A DNA stretch of 64,000 nt from NCBI GenBank assembly GCA_963722835.1, contig CAVROK010000001.1, positions 170,430-234,429 of the forward strand, in the 5' to 3' direction. Under the pieces are notes generated by a model. That model saw only the letters and a program-made list of their open reading frames with translations. It searched no databases and had not been told where the DNA came from. The DNA is from an uncultured Actinomycetota bacterium. Its GTDB lineage: Bacteria > Actinomycetota > Actinomycetes > Propionibacteriales > Nocardioidaceae. Each line of letters begins with the position of its first letter. Positions within the stretch are counted from its first letter, which is position 1. The position numbers and the translations under genes were made by a program. Below are positions 1 to 10,997 of the stretch, one piece after another.

Positions 1-1
1 G

Positions 2-181
2 GTGGCGACCGTCCACGGAACCCTGCGTCTGGCTCGCGATCCCGGGACCGTGCAGGCCGTCCTCGACCGGGCGGAGTCGGTCGGCGGCACCCTCGGAGTG
101 GCCGTGGGCCAGCTGGAGGTGCGGGTCCCGCAGACCGGCAGGCAGCCGGTGCTAGCGGGCGGCCGCGGCCCAGAGCTCTGA
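2..181 (+). CDS. 3' end of a probable sensor histidine kinase (partial, runs in from the window edge)
   Basis: Frame 2 is open to TGA at 179-181 and reads ...QAVLDRAESVGGTLGV...LEVRVP, like the HATPase C-terminus of NarX/DesK-type kinases. Two response regulators are adjacent. Confidence 0.5.
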   Translation: MATVHGTLRLARDPGTVQAVLDRAESVGGTLGVAVGQLEVRVPQTGRQPVLAGGRGPEL

Positions 182-517
182 GAGCCGGTCCGGTCCGAAC
201 GTGGCCTTGGCGACGTACGCCGAGGCGCCGCACCCCGCGAGATCGAACTCGTCCTCGTCGTAGGTCGAGAGCAGCACCACCACGGGGCCGTCGGCCGTGG
301 AGGTCAACGTGCGGGCCGCGTCGATCCCGCTGATCCCGGGGAGGTTCACGTCCATCAGCACGAGGTCCGGGAGCACCTCCGCTGCGGTCTGCAGCGACTC
401 CTCCCCCGTCGTGCTCACCGCGACCAGCTCGAAGCCGTCGGTCTCGGACACCACAGCGGCGAGCGCCCGCCGATAGGCCACCTGGTCGTCGACGACCAGG
501 ACGCGCACCTCGGTCAT
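152..517 (-). CDS. Stand-alone response regulator receiver (CheY-like, NarL-type REC)
   Basis: VLVVDD, LVLMDVNLPGISG and YVAK motifs; no output domain; GGAGG RBS before the ATG at 517. Confidence 0.9.
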   Translation of the reverse strand: MTEVRVLVVDDQVAYRRALAAVVSETDGFELVAVSTTGEESLQTAAEVLPDLVLMDVNLPGISGIDAARTLTSTADGPVVVLLSTYDEDEFDLAGCGASAYVAKATFGPDRLSELWAAAAR

Positions 518-601
518 CGGCACCTCCATGACGACATCGTGCCCTTTCCGGGCATCCTGCCGACATGGGGCTGGCCGCCCGCTCGGGGGTGGCTGGCCGC
601 C

Positions 602-1282
602 TCAGCTCGGCGCCGGCCCGCCCGTGGCCTCGAGGAACGCGAGCACCGCCTTCACCCGGCGGTTGACGTCGGACTCGTGCATGATCCCGAGCTTGGTGAA
701 CACCGACCCGACGTGCTTCTCCACCGCCCGCTCGCTCATGAACAACGCCTTCGCGGTCGCGGCGTTGCTCCGGCCCCGGGCCAGCTCGCGCAGCACCTCG
801 TGCTCGCGCTCGGTGAGCACGTCGAGCACCGAGGTCGACTCGGCGGACTTCCGTGCCAGCAGCGCCTCGACGATGCGAGGGTCGAGCACCGACCCGCCAC
901 GGGAGACGTCGTACAGCGCGCGGACGAGGTCGTCGACGTCGCTCACCCGCTCCTTGAGCAGGTAGCCGAGCCCGGCCACGCCGTCCGAGAGCAGCTCGAA
1001 GGCGTAGTCCTCCTCGACGAACTGCGAGAGCACGACCACACCGGTCTCGGGGTAGTCGGCGCGGATCCGCTTGGCGGCGTCGATCCCCTCGGTGGTGAAG
1101 GAGGGCGGCATCCGGATGTCGGTGAGCACCGCATCGGGCCGGTGGGTCGCCACCGCCGCCAGCAGGGCGTCGAGGTCGGCCACCGAGGCCAACAGCTCGA
1201 TCTCGTCGGCCTCGGCGAGGACTCCGCTCACGCCCTGGCGGACCAGGTAGTTGTCGTCGGCGAAGACGACCCGGACGGTCAT
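602..1282 (-). CDS. NarL/LuxR-family DNA-binding response regulator
   Basis: VVFADD..VLTDIRMPP receiver plus LTEREHEVL..GRSN..FMSERAVEKHVGSVFTKL HTH. TACAGT lies 6 nt before the ATG, so it is probably leaderless. Confidence 0.93.
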   Translation of the reverse strand: MTVRVVFADDNYLVRQGVSGVLAEADEIELLASVADLDALLAAVATHRPDAVLTDIRMPPSFTTEGIDAAKRIRADYPETGVVVLSQFVEEDYAFELLSDGVAGLGYLLKERVSDVDDLVRALYDVSRGGSVLDPRIVEALLARKSAESTSVLDVLTEREHEVLRELARGRSNAATAKALFMSERAVEKHVGSVFTKLGIMHESDVNRRVKAVLAFLEATGGPAPS

Positions 1283-1386
1283 GCGCTCACTGTAGGTGCG
1301 CAACGGCGCGGCGAGCGCGGGCTGGCCCGGGGCGCGAACCCCACGATTCCTCTGACGGCCAGAAGTTGTGCCCCTACCGTGGTGGC

Positions 1387-2220
1387 ATGCCTCGTGCCCG
1401 ATTTGTGCGTTTCGCCACGGCCCTGCTCGGGACCGCCGCGCTGGCCGCCACCGGCCTCGCGTCCCAGCCGACGGCGACCTCGCACGGGCTGACGGACGGC
1501 ACCACGCTCGCCCCGGCCTCCGCGTTCGTGCCGCCCAACCCCACGAACGCCGGCAAGATCTTCCGCTGGGGCAACGCGTACTGGAACGACGAGTTCAAGA
1601 CCGCGCTCTCCCCGACCTGGAAGGTCAACCGTCCGGGACTGGTGCGCAACCAGAACGGGATGCTCACCCTCGACACCGCCGGCACCGGTGCCACGGTCAC
1701 GGCCAGCTACAGCGGGCACAGCCGCATCTACGGCCGCTGGGAGGCGCGCGTGCGCGGGCGCCAGTACGGCTCCGGCGGCCAGCCCTACACGCTGTTCTGG
1801 GAGCTGGTGCCGACCTACCAGGGCGAGCACTGCGGCGCCAACAGCATCGTGATCGGCCAGTACACCCTCGGCACCTACCGGGCAGCGATGCACGTCCGGA
1901 CGCTTCCGGACCACGACTTCACCTTCGACCGGTGGATGTACCTCAACGACAACGAGTTCCACACCTACGCCGTCGAGGTCACCTCCGATCACATCTCGTG
2001 GTTCGTCGACACCAAGGTGATCCGGACCGAGCGGCGACCCGCAGCGCTCTCCGGCGTCTCGTTCACGCCGCGCTTCCGCGTCCAGGCAGTGCCGGGGGCC
2101 CAGATGACGCGGGGTCGGATGCAGATGGACTGGATGCGCTACTACACCCTGGAGCGCAAGAACGCGAAGCCGATCACGGCGCCACAGCTGACCCAGACGA
2201 CGTACGACCAGGCCTGCTGA
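1387..2220 (+). CDS. Secreted GH16/ConA-like beta-jelly-roll protein
   Basis: Signal peptide, then WNDEF, YGRWEARVR, FHTYAVEVTSDHISWFVD and MQMDWMRYY, all typical of the GH16 fold. No ExDxxE catalytic motif is visible. Confidence 0.8.
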   Translation: MPRARFVRFATALLGTAALAATGLASQPTATSHGLTDGTTLAPASAFVPPNPTNAGKIFRWGNAYWNDEFKTALSPTWKVNRPGLVRNQNGMLTLDTAGTGATVTASYSGHSRIYGRWEARVRGRQYGSGGQPYTLFWELVPTYQGEHCGANSIVIGQYTLGTYRAAMHVRTLPDHDFTFDRWMYLNDNEFHTYAVEVTSDHISWFVDTKVIRTERRPAALSGVSFTPRFRVQAVPGAQMTRGRMQMDWMRYYTLERKNAKPITAPQLTQTTYDQAC

Positions 2221-2257
2221 GCGCTCGGCGGCAGGGCGCCGTGCGAGCATCGGCGGG

Positions 2258-3015
2258 GTGCGGATCGCGACCTTCAACATCCTGAACGGGCGTACGCCGG
2301 GACAGGACTCCGTCGACCAGGACCGGTTCGGTCGGGCGATCGCCGCACTCGACGCCGACGTGCTCGCCCTCCAGGAGGTGGACCGCCACCAGCCGCGCTC
2401 GGGCGTACGCCGACCTGACGGCGGTGGCGGCCGAGGCGATGGGCGCCGTGGACCACCGGTTCGTGCCGGCGCTGGTCGGCACACCGGCGACCTGGACGGC
2501 CCCGACCGGCGACGAGCCCGACGACGTGCCGGCCTACGGGATCGCGCTGCTGAGCCGGCATCCCGTCGCGGACTGGCAGGTGGCCTCGCTGCCGCCGGCG
2601 TCGGTCCGGTGGCCGTACCGATTCGACGGCGACCGCCGGGTCACCTGGGTGCGTGACGAGCCGCGGGTCGCCGTACGCGCCGAGGTGCGCACGCCGTCGG
2701 GTCCGCTCCGGGTCGTGGCCACCCACCTCTCGTTCCTGCCCGTCTCCAGCGGCCGCCAGCTGCGGGTGCTGACGCGGAGCCTGACCGGGTCGACGCCCAC
2801 CGTGCTCACCGGCGACCTGAACATGTCGCCGCGCCGGGCCGAGCGGATCACCGGCCTGCGCTCGCTCGCGATCGGCGCGACCTTCCCCGCACACCGTCCG
2901 GTCACCCAGCTCGACCACCTGCTCGCGAGCGCGGGACGTGCGGGCCCGCGGCGGCGGGCCGGTGCTGCTGGAGGTCTCCGACCACCGGGCCCTGGTCGCC
3001 GACCTCGAGCCGTAG
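2258..3015 (+). CDS. Endonuclease/exonuclease/phosphatase (EEP) family protein (frameshifts near 2410 and 2945)
   Basis: MRIATFNI, ALQEVD, VATHLS, LTGDLN, QLDH and SDHRALVADL motifs are spread over three frames. Confidence 0.85.
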
Positions 3016-3027
3016 GTCTGAGTCGGG

Positions 3028-3834
3028 CTAGTCGCGGAAGACGGGGTCGCGGCCCTCGTGACGGGCTGCGACCGCCTCGTCGAAGTTGTCGGTGAGCAGC
3101 CGCACGTAGAGCTGGCCGAGACCCTCGGTGCTCATGTGCTGCTCGAGGCTGCCCGCGTCGAGACCGGACCACAGCGAGCGCTTCGTGAGCTCGACCCCGG
3201 GGCGGCTCCAGGCGGCGATCCTGGTGCCGACCTCGATCGCGGACGGCAGCAGGTCGTCGGCCGCGACGACCCGGGAGACCAGCCCGATGCGCTCGGCCTC
3301 CTCGGCGTCGACGTCGCGGCCGGTGAGCATGATCTCGAAGGCCCGTGACGACCCGATCGCCCGCGGGAGCAGGTAGCTGAGGCCGAGCTCGCTCGCGGTC
3401 AGTCCGTTGTTGATGCCGGCCGCGCGGAAGAACGCGCCGTCCGCCGCGAGCCGGATGTCGCACGCCAGCGCGAGGCAGAGCCCGCCGCCGATGGCGGCGC
3501 CGTTGACGGCTGCGATCACCGGCTGGTGCAGCCGGCGCAGGGTCAGCACCACGTCGTCGAGGATCTCCATCGCGCGCAGCGCGACCGTCGGCTGGGTCAG
3601 GCCGGCGATGTGCGGCATCCGGCCGCGCTCGCCGCTCTGGTCGGCGCCGGAGCAGAAGCCCCGGCCGGCGCCGGTGAGCACGACCGCACGTACGTCGTTG
3701 TCGACGGAGAGCTCCCGCAGCCGGTCGCGGAGCGGCACCATGACGTCGAAGGACATCGAGTTCATCCGCTCGGGCAGGTTGAGCGTGACGAGTGCGACGC
3801 CGGGCGCCGCTCGGTCGACCAGCACGTGATCCAT
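3028..3834 (-). CDS. Enoyl-CoA hydratase/isomerase (crotonase family)
   Basis: VTLNLPERMNSM, GAGRGFCSGAD and PVIAAVNGAAIGGG motifs. Confidence 0.93.
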   Translation of the reverse strand: MDHVLVDRAAPGVALVTLNLPERMNSMSFDVMVPLRDRLRELSVDNDVRAVVLTGAGRGFCSGADQSGERGRMPHIAGLTQPTVALRAMEILDDVVLTLRRLHQPVIAAVNGAAIGGGLCLALACDIRLAADGAFFRAAGINNGLTASELGLSYLLPRAIGSSRAFEIMLTGRDVDAEEAERIGLVSRVVAADDLLPSAIEVGTRIAAWSRPGVELTKRSLWSGLDAGSLEQHMSTEGLGQLYVRLLTDNFDEAVAARHEGRDPVFRD

Positions 3835-3870
3835 GCGCGCCAGTATGTCGGCAGCGACCGCCGGGACGGG

Positions 3871-3902
3871 CGAGGGCCCGGACCGTGCGGTCCGGGCCCT
3901 CG
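3871..3902 (-). terminator. GC-rich hairpin, probable terminator of the PKD protein gene
   Basis: CGAGGGCCCGGACCG-TG-CGGTCCGGGCCCTCG is a perfect 15-bp inverted repeat about 35 nt after the stop at 3936. Confidence 0.7.
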
Positions 3903-3935
3903 TCGTCCCTACAGGACGTCGTGGTCGGTTGCTGC

Positions 3936-6900
3936 TCAGTTGCTGTTCAGCAGGATGCTGACGCTGGCTCCGCGCGAGCTGTCGCCGTTGGCGGTGGCGG
4001 TCAGCTGACCCTGCGGACCGGCACTGACGGCGCCGTTGCTGTCGCCGAGCAGACCGAGGACGTGGGCGCTGCCGGTGTCGGGCTGCCCGGGCCAACGGAC
4101 GGTCACACCGGCCGGCGCGGTCCAGGCGGTCGAGGTGTTCGACCGGTCGGCCCAGTAGGTCACCAGCCAGCCGGTGTCGTTGGCCGCCGTGACCGCCGGG
4201 CTGGAGTGCGCCGCACCGGCGCCGTCGTCGATCTTCGACGCCGAGGCGGCGATCGGCGTGGCAGCGTCGGTGTTGCGGTAGGCACCCAGGGTCAGGTCGG
4301 CCTTGGTGGTCGCCGAGATCGCGACGGTCACCTTGCGACCGGCTGCGTGTTGCGCATCGGCGGCCGTGGCCGTCTTCGTCCAGGCCCGCACGCCCATGGC
4401 CGAGGCGCCGTCCTTGTTCTCGAGCAGGGTCCATCCGGCGGGCGCGGTGAAGGTGCGCCCGCTGCTGGCCGAGCCGGCGAACAGCACGAGCGTGTCGCCC
4501 GCCTCGACGGCGCGTCGGGACCGTCACGGCGCCGGCTGGTGCTGTTGCCGACGTTGGAGGCGGTGCCCACGTAGGTGATGTTGCTGACCGGGTCGGGGTC
4601 ACCGCCGGGCTCGGTCGGGTTGGCCGTCGCGTTGTCGGTCACGGTGTGGCCGTGGCCGTCGTTCACCGAGACCGTCACGGTCTTGGCGCCCGCGGAGGTG
4701 TAGGCGTGCGACGGGTTGGCGCCGTCGCCGGCCGGCGTGCTGTCGCCGAAGTCCCAGCTGTAGGTGAGCGGTGTCGTTGTCCGGGTCGTTCGCGGTCGTG
4801 GTGAACGAGCAGTCAGGTCGGTGCAGGTGACGTCGGTGATGTCGACCGTCGGCGCGGCGTTGGCGACCTGCGGGTTGACCGGCACCGTGTCGGAGTCGGT
4901 GAGCGTCGCCGTCGCTCACCGTCAGGGTGACCGTGCGCTCGTCCGGCGCTGCCGTAGGCGTACGTCGGGTTGGCCGTCGTCGAGGTGCCGCTGCCGTCAC
5001 CGAAGTTCCAGCTGTAGGTCAGCGTGTCGGCGTCGGGGTCGCTCGACGTGGAACCGTTGAACGAGCAGGAGAGGCCGGTGCAGCTCACGTCGGTGATCGC
5101 CGCGGTCGGCGCCTGGTTGGCCGGCGGGACCGTCGGAGTGGCCGTCACCGGGTCGCTGCTGGTTCCGCCCTGGCCGTCGCTGACCGTCAGCGTCACGGTC
5201 TTGTTGCCACCGCTGGCGAAGGTGTGCGACGGGGTCGCGGTGTCGCCGTGGGCGGTGCCGTCGCCCCAGTCCCAGTCGTAGGTCAGCGTGCCGCCGTCGG
5301 GGTCGAAGGAGGACGAGCCGTCGAAGGTGCAGGTCAGGTCGGTGCAGCTGACCAGGTCGGCGTTCGCCACCGGGTCCTGGTTGGCCGGCGCCGCGCCCTG
5401 GCCCTCGAGCAGGACGCTCATGGTCAGGCCCTGGGCACTGACGTCGGCGGTGGCGTTGAGGCCGCCCTGGACGCCCTTGCCGACCCGCGCGTTGCTGTCG
5501 GTCAGCAGCGAGGACATGTGGTTGGAGCCGTTGGCCGTGCCCTCGGAGCGCTGCGTCTGGCTGGCCGGGCCGGTCCAGTTGGTCGCCACGCCCGTGGCCG
5601 TCGTCGACTTGTCGGTCCAGTAGCTCAGCAGCCAGCTGGTGCCGTCCTCGGCGTCGATCGTCGGGGTCTGGTGCGAGGTGCTCGGGAAGCTCTGCGAGGT
5701 GCTGGTGGCGCCACCGATCGCAGGCGTGCCGACGCCCCGGTAGCTGGCGATGGTCAGGTCGGACTTGACGATGTAGGCCGTGCCGTCGGCGTTGCGGCTG
5801 TTCACGGTCACGTTGGCGCCGGGCAGGCTCGGCGACGCGTTGACGTCAGCCGCCGTGGCCTTCCTGGTGTACGCGCGTCCGACGAAGCTCGAGCCGTTCT
5901 CGGACTCGATCTCGGTCCATCCGTCCGGGCCGGCGTACACCGGACCGGTCGAGTTCGAGGCGAAGAACAGCAGCATCGTGTCGCCCACCTTGGTGCCGGC
6001 GGGCACCGCGATGGTGTGGGCGGACCGGCTGCCGTTGTTGTTGGCGCGGTTCACGAAGCTGATCGAGTCGGTCTGGTCGCTCGGGCTGGCGGTCCTCGTC
6101 ACGGCGTTGGTCGCACCCTTGTTGTCGGTGACCGTCAGGGTCACCGCGCGGTCGCCGGAGTCGGCGTAGGTGTGCGTCGTCGTGGCACCGGAGCCGTGGG
6201 TCGTGCCGTCACCGAAGTCCCAGTCGTAGGTGAGCGGACCCTCGGCGTCGCTCGACGCCGTGCCGTTGAAGCTGCACACCTTGGCGCTGCAGGAGATCGA
6301 GGCGTTGGCGACCGGCGGCTCGTTGGCCGCGGCGGGCACACCCTGGAAGGGGAACATCGCCCGCGACGCCCAGGCGGTGCCGGCGGTGGTGATCTGCACG
6401 TTGGTGTTGTTCACGGGGGCGTGCCCGGCCTGGTTCCAGGTCATCGACCACAGGTTGCCCGCGGTGGTGGCGTAGTAGAGCTTGCCGCCGGCGACGAAGG
6501 AGCCGCGCACGTTGGTGTAGTTGATGCCGGTCGAGGTGGTGGAGAAGCGCTGCTGGCCGACGACGCCGCTCTCGACCTCGAACGCGCGTCGGTAGAGCGC
6601 GTTGGTGCCGGACTTCGTGTAGTAGATGTAGCCGCCCGAGTAGAACATGTTGGTGATCGTCTTGACGTCGGTGTGCCACTCGGCCTGGCTGACCAGGGCG
6701 TCGGCGGTGTTGACCGGGCTGACCGGGCCGTAGGTGGTGCCGTCGAAGGTCATCTTCGTCAGGGTGCCGTCGGTCTTGGCCTGGTAGAGCACGCCGTTGA
6801 CCATGAACGCGCCGGTGCTGGTGCCCCAGCCCGGGCCTGCGGCCACGTTGGCGGCGGTGCCGACGGTGGTGCCGGTGAAGTTGCGCCGCGTCAGCTGCGA

Positions 6901-8341
6901 GGCCGAGACCGCCACCCGGTAGAGGTTGGTCGGGAGGGTGCTGGCCTGCTGCTGGGGCACGGTGCCGCCGCCCGCGAGCGGCAGGACGCCGATGCGTGCG
7001 TGGTAGGTGTTGCCGGCCGTGTGGCCGAGGAGCTCGGTGTCGGAGCCGACGTAGAGGCCGTCGCTGGTGGCGAGCATGTCCTGGACGCCGACGCCACGGG
7101 CACGGGTCGGGTTCCACGAGTACGGCAGGCCGGTGACGGGTGCTCAGGGCCGCGATGCCCTCACGGCTGACGGCGCCGTCGCCGGGCTTGTCGCCGGAGT
7201 TGGGGCCGGGGTTGTTCTGCCAGCGCTGGTGTCCGCCGGCGTAGACGACGTTGTCGGTGACCTCGACGGTCCACGTGGTGTCGCCGCCGGTGTACGCCGT
7301 CCAGGTGGCCGGCGTCGGACCGGTCGAGACGTTGCTCTCGAACCGGGCCACCACGTCGCAGCCGGACGGTCCCGTTGACGCTGCTGGTCGTGCCGCCGTA
7401 GGCACCGGTCGTGCCGACCACGAAGAAGTTGCCGTCGGGGGAGAACTCGACGTCGCTCATGTAGGTCTCGAACTTCGGGGAGCACGTCGACGTGAACAGG
7501 TTGGTGGTCCAGCCGTTGAGGGTCTGGTGGGCGTTCGGGTCGACTGCGGTGGGCACGTTGCCGACGTTGAACTTGGCGATCTGGTGGCGGTTCTGGCCGT
7601 CGACGGTGGTGAAGTTGCCGACCGCCATCAGCTGGGTGTTCTGCTTGTTGATCGAGATCTGCAGGACGTTGGTGATGGCGCCCGCGACGCGTGGTGTTGT
7701 GCAGCCCGCGACAACACCGCGTTGAAGTAGGGGTTGCGCTTGCCGGTGTCGGCGTACAGCGTGCCGAGGGCCTTCTGGGCGATGCCGTTGATGTGGGTGA
7801 ACTTGCCCGCGATGAACAGGTGGTTGCCGACGACCTCGAGGTCACGGATGTCGCCACTGATGGTCGGCGCGACGAACGTCGGGTCGATGACGCCGGTGTT
7901 CGCGTTGATCTTGAAGATGCGACCGGGCATCGCCTGACCGCCGGCGTAGCTGAAGCCACCGGCGACGTAGACCGACTTGCCGTCCGCGGCCGGCAGCACC
8001 TTGTAGACGGTGCCGAACGCGTCGGGCGCGAACGACGGCGAGATCTTGCCCGAGGTGGCGTCGAAGGCGAGCACGCCGCGACGCGTCACGGTGGGGGTGC
8101 CGCTGCCGCTGTTGGCCTGGGTGAAGTTGCCGCCGACGACCACGGTGTTGCCGACCTTGGCGATCGAGTAGACGGTGCCGTCGAGGATGTTGGGGGTGTT
8201 GCGACCGGGCTCGTCGCTGACGATCTTGCCGGCCTGTGGCGCCGTGTTGCCGGTGTCGGCCGCCTGGGCGGCCGGGGACAGCAGGACCAGGCCCGACGTC
8301 ACCAGGACGACGAGCAACAGCATGGATTGGAGTCTGCGCAC
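3936..8341 (-). CDS. Large secreted PKD-domain surface protein, about 1450 aa (several frameshifts)
   Basis: Signal peptide, then a beta-propeller-like region ([33 protein letters not shown]), four PKD repeats (TYxWDFGDG) and two copies of a VPAG..GDTxLLF beta-domain. Stitched from ORFs 7628-8782, 7161-7628, 6209-7405, 4813-7077, 4328-4885 and 3936-4487. Confidence 0.82.
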
Positions 8342-8520
8342 TCCGACCAACCCCCGTAGGCAGTAAAGGACGGCGTCGCACCCGGCGCGCCGTCCGCACA
8401 TCCTCCCCCGGCCGATCGCAATCACCCAGATCCGGACAGAAGCGGTCTGGTCCACCCCTGGCGGCTTCACCGGCACTGGCCGGATACGTCCGTTATCGGT
8501 GGTATGCGGCTCCGGAGGCG

Positions 8521-10656
8521 TCAGTCCTCCTGTGCCAGCCGCTCGGTCAGGGCATCCGTCAGCAGGGTGATCAACGCCTCGAGCTGCACGTCGGCCGACG
8601 ACGAGACCTCCTCGTCGGAGCCGTCGAGCGCCCGGGCGGCGAGCCCGGCCTTGCTGTCGATCAGCTCGGCGATCCTCGTGTCGATGGTCTGCGCCGCGAT
8701 CACGCGCCAGGCGGTGACCGGCTCCGCCTGACCGATCCGGTGGATCCGGTCGATCGCCTGGGTCTGCTCGGCGTCGGTCCACGAGAGCTCGGCGAGCACC
8801 ATGTTGGAGGCGACCTGGAGGTTGATCCCGACGCCGGCCGCGGTCAGCGAGCAGACCACGACGGCGACGTCCGGGTCGTTCACGAACGCCTCGATGTTCC
8901 GCTTGCGCACCGACGGCGTCTGGTCGCCGCGGATCGAGGAGTAGCGCAGGCCGCGCTTCTCGAAGGTCTCCTCGGCGATGTCCATGACGTCGACGTGCTT
9001 GGCGAAGAACACGACCTTGCCGACGCTGCGCGCCAGCTGGGCGGTGTAGTCGGCGGCGAGCCCGGCCTTGGCCTGGCCGATGCGGCGCATCATGCCGAAG
9101 ACGTTCTCGCCGGTGCTCGAGTCGGAGTCCTCGCGCTCCCAGGTGGCGACGCGGCGCACGAGCTCGTGGTCGATGCCCTCGATGACCGGCCCGGAGGTCC
9201 GGGTGGCCAGGGCACTGTCGTAGCGGCGTACGAGACGGCGCGCGAGCTCGGCCTCGGCCTCGCGGATCGAGCGTCCGGCCTCGTCGTCGAGCTCGACGGG
9301 GAGGTCGGCGACCCGGCGGGCGGGGATGTCGGCAGCGACGTCGACCTTGCGGCGTCGCACGATCCCCATGTCGACCACGGTCTTGCGGGCAGCCGCGTAG
9401 AACCCGCGGTCGGCCGGCGTCAGGCCGTGCTCCTCCAGCGCCGCCATCAGCTCGCCCCGGGGCCGCTTGCCGTCGATCCAGCCGAGGAACTGCCAGATGG
9501 CGCGGAAGTCCTCGATGTCGTTGATCAGGGGGGTGCCGGTCAGCGCCATCAGCAGCGGACGGCCGATCTTGGCCCGGATCCGCTCGGAGAGCTCGAGCAC
9601 GTGCTGCGAGCGCTGGGAGGACTTGTTCTTGATGAAGTGGGCCTCGTCGACGACCATGCCGCGGAAGCCGAGGTCGCCGAGCCAGCCGACGTGCCGGTCG
9701 AGGACCTCGTAGTTGACGACCACGATGTCGGCGAAGCCGTCGATCTCGTCGCCGTCACCGTGGATGACCGTCGCCGTACGACGCGGCGTCCACAGCTCGG
9801 CCTCGTGGGCCCAGTTGGCCTTGACGACGTTGGGGACGACGGCGAGCAGGGGGTAGGCGTTCGCGGCCTGGGCGGCGAGCAGCGCCTGGGCCGTCTTGCC
9901 CAGACCGGGCTCGTCGGCGAGGAGGAAGGTCCGGTGCCCGTCCTTGGCGGCAGCGATGACCTGGGCCTGGTGGTGCATCAGCTCCTGGCCACCGGGCGCC
10001 CACAGCGAGGTCGGCTCCGGCAGGTCCATGCACGACGTGGTGCCGGCCGAGGGCTCCTCGAAGGAGCGGAAGAGCGGGCCGAGCAGCTCCCACGTGGAGA
10101 GGGCCCGCGGTTGGGCGTCGCGCGGCGCGGCGTTGGAGAAGTCGGGGACGAGGAAGGGGTTGGCGAGCTGGCGGGCGACCACGGACTGGGGCACGACACG
10201 TCGGTCGACGGCGGCGTTCGCGGAGGACTCCACCGGCGCCTCCTCGGGCGTCTCGAGGCCCGCGGACTCGAGCATCTCCCGCTTCAGCGCCTTCGCGGCG
10301 TCGGAGATCACGGCGTCGTCGCCGAGGAGCTCGAACAGCGACGGGTTGCGGGCGGCGGTCTTCGCCAGGATCGTCGCGATGCCGTCGAGCCGCTTGAGCT
10401 GACCGTCCCGCTGCGCCTCGGTGCTCTCGCCGTCGGCCTTGATCCGCGCCCGCTCCTCGCGGACGAGGAGAGCCACGACCTGGAACATGGTGCGGTCGGA
10501 GACCCGCATCGTGCCGCGCTCGACCCGGGTCTCGATCTCGCGCACCTTGCGGGCGAGCACCGGGATGATGCCCTCGTTGTCGCGGGCGCGGGCAGTCTGC
10601 TGGTTCCGCGCGGCCGGACGACGACCCCGCGGTTGCCGCCTCGTCTGACGAGCCAC
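8521..10656 (-). CDS. SNF2-family (DEAD/DEAH-box) helicase/ATPase
   Basis: LLADEPGLGKT, VVDEAH, ALTGTP, SLTAAGVGINL and QAIDRIHRIGQ motifs; GAGGAGG RBS before the GTG at 10656. Confidence 0.93.
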   Translation of the reverse strand: MARQTRRQPRGRRPAARNQQTARARDNEGIIPVLARKVREIETRVERGTMRVSDRTMFQVVALLVREERARIKADGESTEAQRDGQLKRLDGIATILAKTAARNPSLFELLGDDAVISDAAKALKREMLESAGLETPEEAPVESSANAAVDRRVVPQSVVARQLANPFLVPDFSNAAPRDAQPRALSTWELLGPLFRSFEEPSAGTTSCMDLPEPTSLWAPGGQELMHHQAQVIAAAKDGHRTFLLADEPGLGKTAQALLAAQAANAYPLLAVVPNVVKANWAHEAELWTPRRTATVIHGDGDEIDGFADIVVVNYEVLDRHVGWLGDLGFRGMVVDEAHFIKNKSSQRSQHVLELSERIRAKIGRPLLMALTGTPLINDIEDFRAIWQFLGWIDGKRPRGELMAALEEHGLTPADRGFYAAARKTVVDMGIVRRRKVDVAADIPARRVADLPVELDDEAGRSIREAEAELARRLVRRYDSALATRTSGPVIEGIDHELVRRVATWEREDSDSSTGENVFGMMRRIGQAKAGLAADYTAQLARSVGKVVFFAKHVDVMDIAEETFEKRGLRYSSIRGDQTPSVRKRNIEAFVNDPDVAVVVCSLTAAGVGINLQVASNMVLAELSWTDAEQTQAIDRIHRIGQAEPVTAWRVIAAQTIDTRIAELIDSKAGLAARALDGSDEEVSSSADVQLEALITLLTDALTERLAQED

Positions 10657-10997
10657 ATTCCTCCTCTGGAACACCGGACTCCACCTGAGGTGGGCCGGGC
10701 ACAACCTCTGCTCGCGCCTGCGCGGCCGGCGGACCGGCCGTCGTACGGAGCCGGCCCGGTCGGGGCGGTTCCACGACGCGACTCGGTCCCACAGGTCCGG
10801 GAGAGGACTCACGCGCCGGGCCGAGCGGCCCGTCCGTGCTGTGGAACCACTGACCACCTGCTGGTGGCCACACTGCTGCCGAGAGACACCATCGCTGTTG
10901 GCGAGCGGCCTCGGGGACGCGGTGCTGTGCCCAATACTAGCGCGAGACGGGCCCGGTCCCGGTCAACGGGCCGAGATCGCCGAGGCAGGAGGTCCCC

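Noticed and set aside
8420-8440. AATCACCC-AGATCC-GGACAG upstream of the PKD gene, resembling the regulon dyad
   Set aside because: The spacer is off by one and there is no -10-like hexamer 20 nt downstream.
8521-10656. SNF2 helicase as part of an anti-phage system
   Set aside because: It stands alone with no nuclease, methylase or other defence genes nearby and resembles a common actinobacterial helicase.
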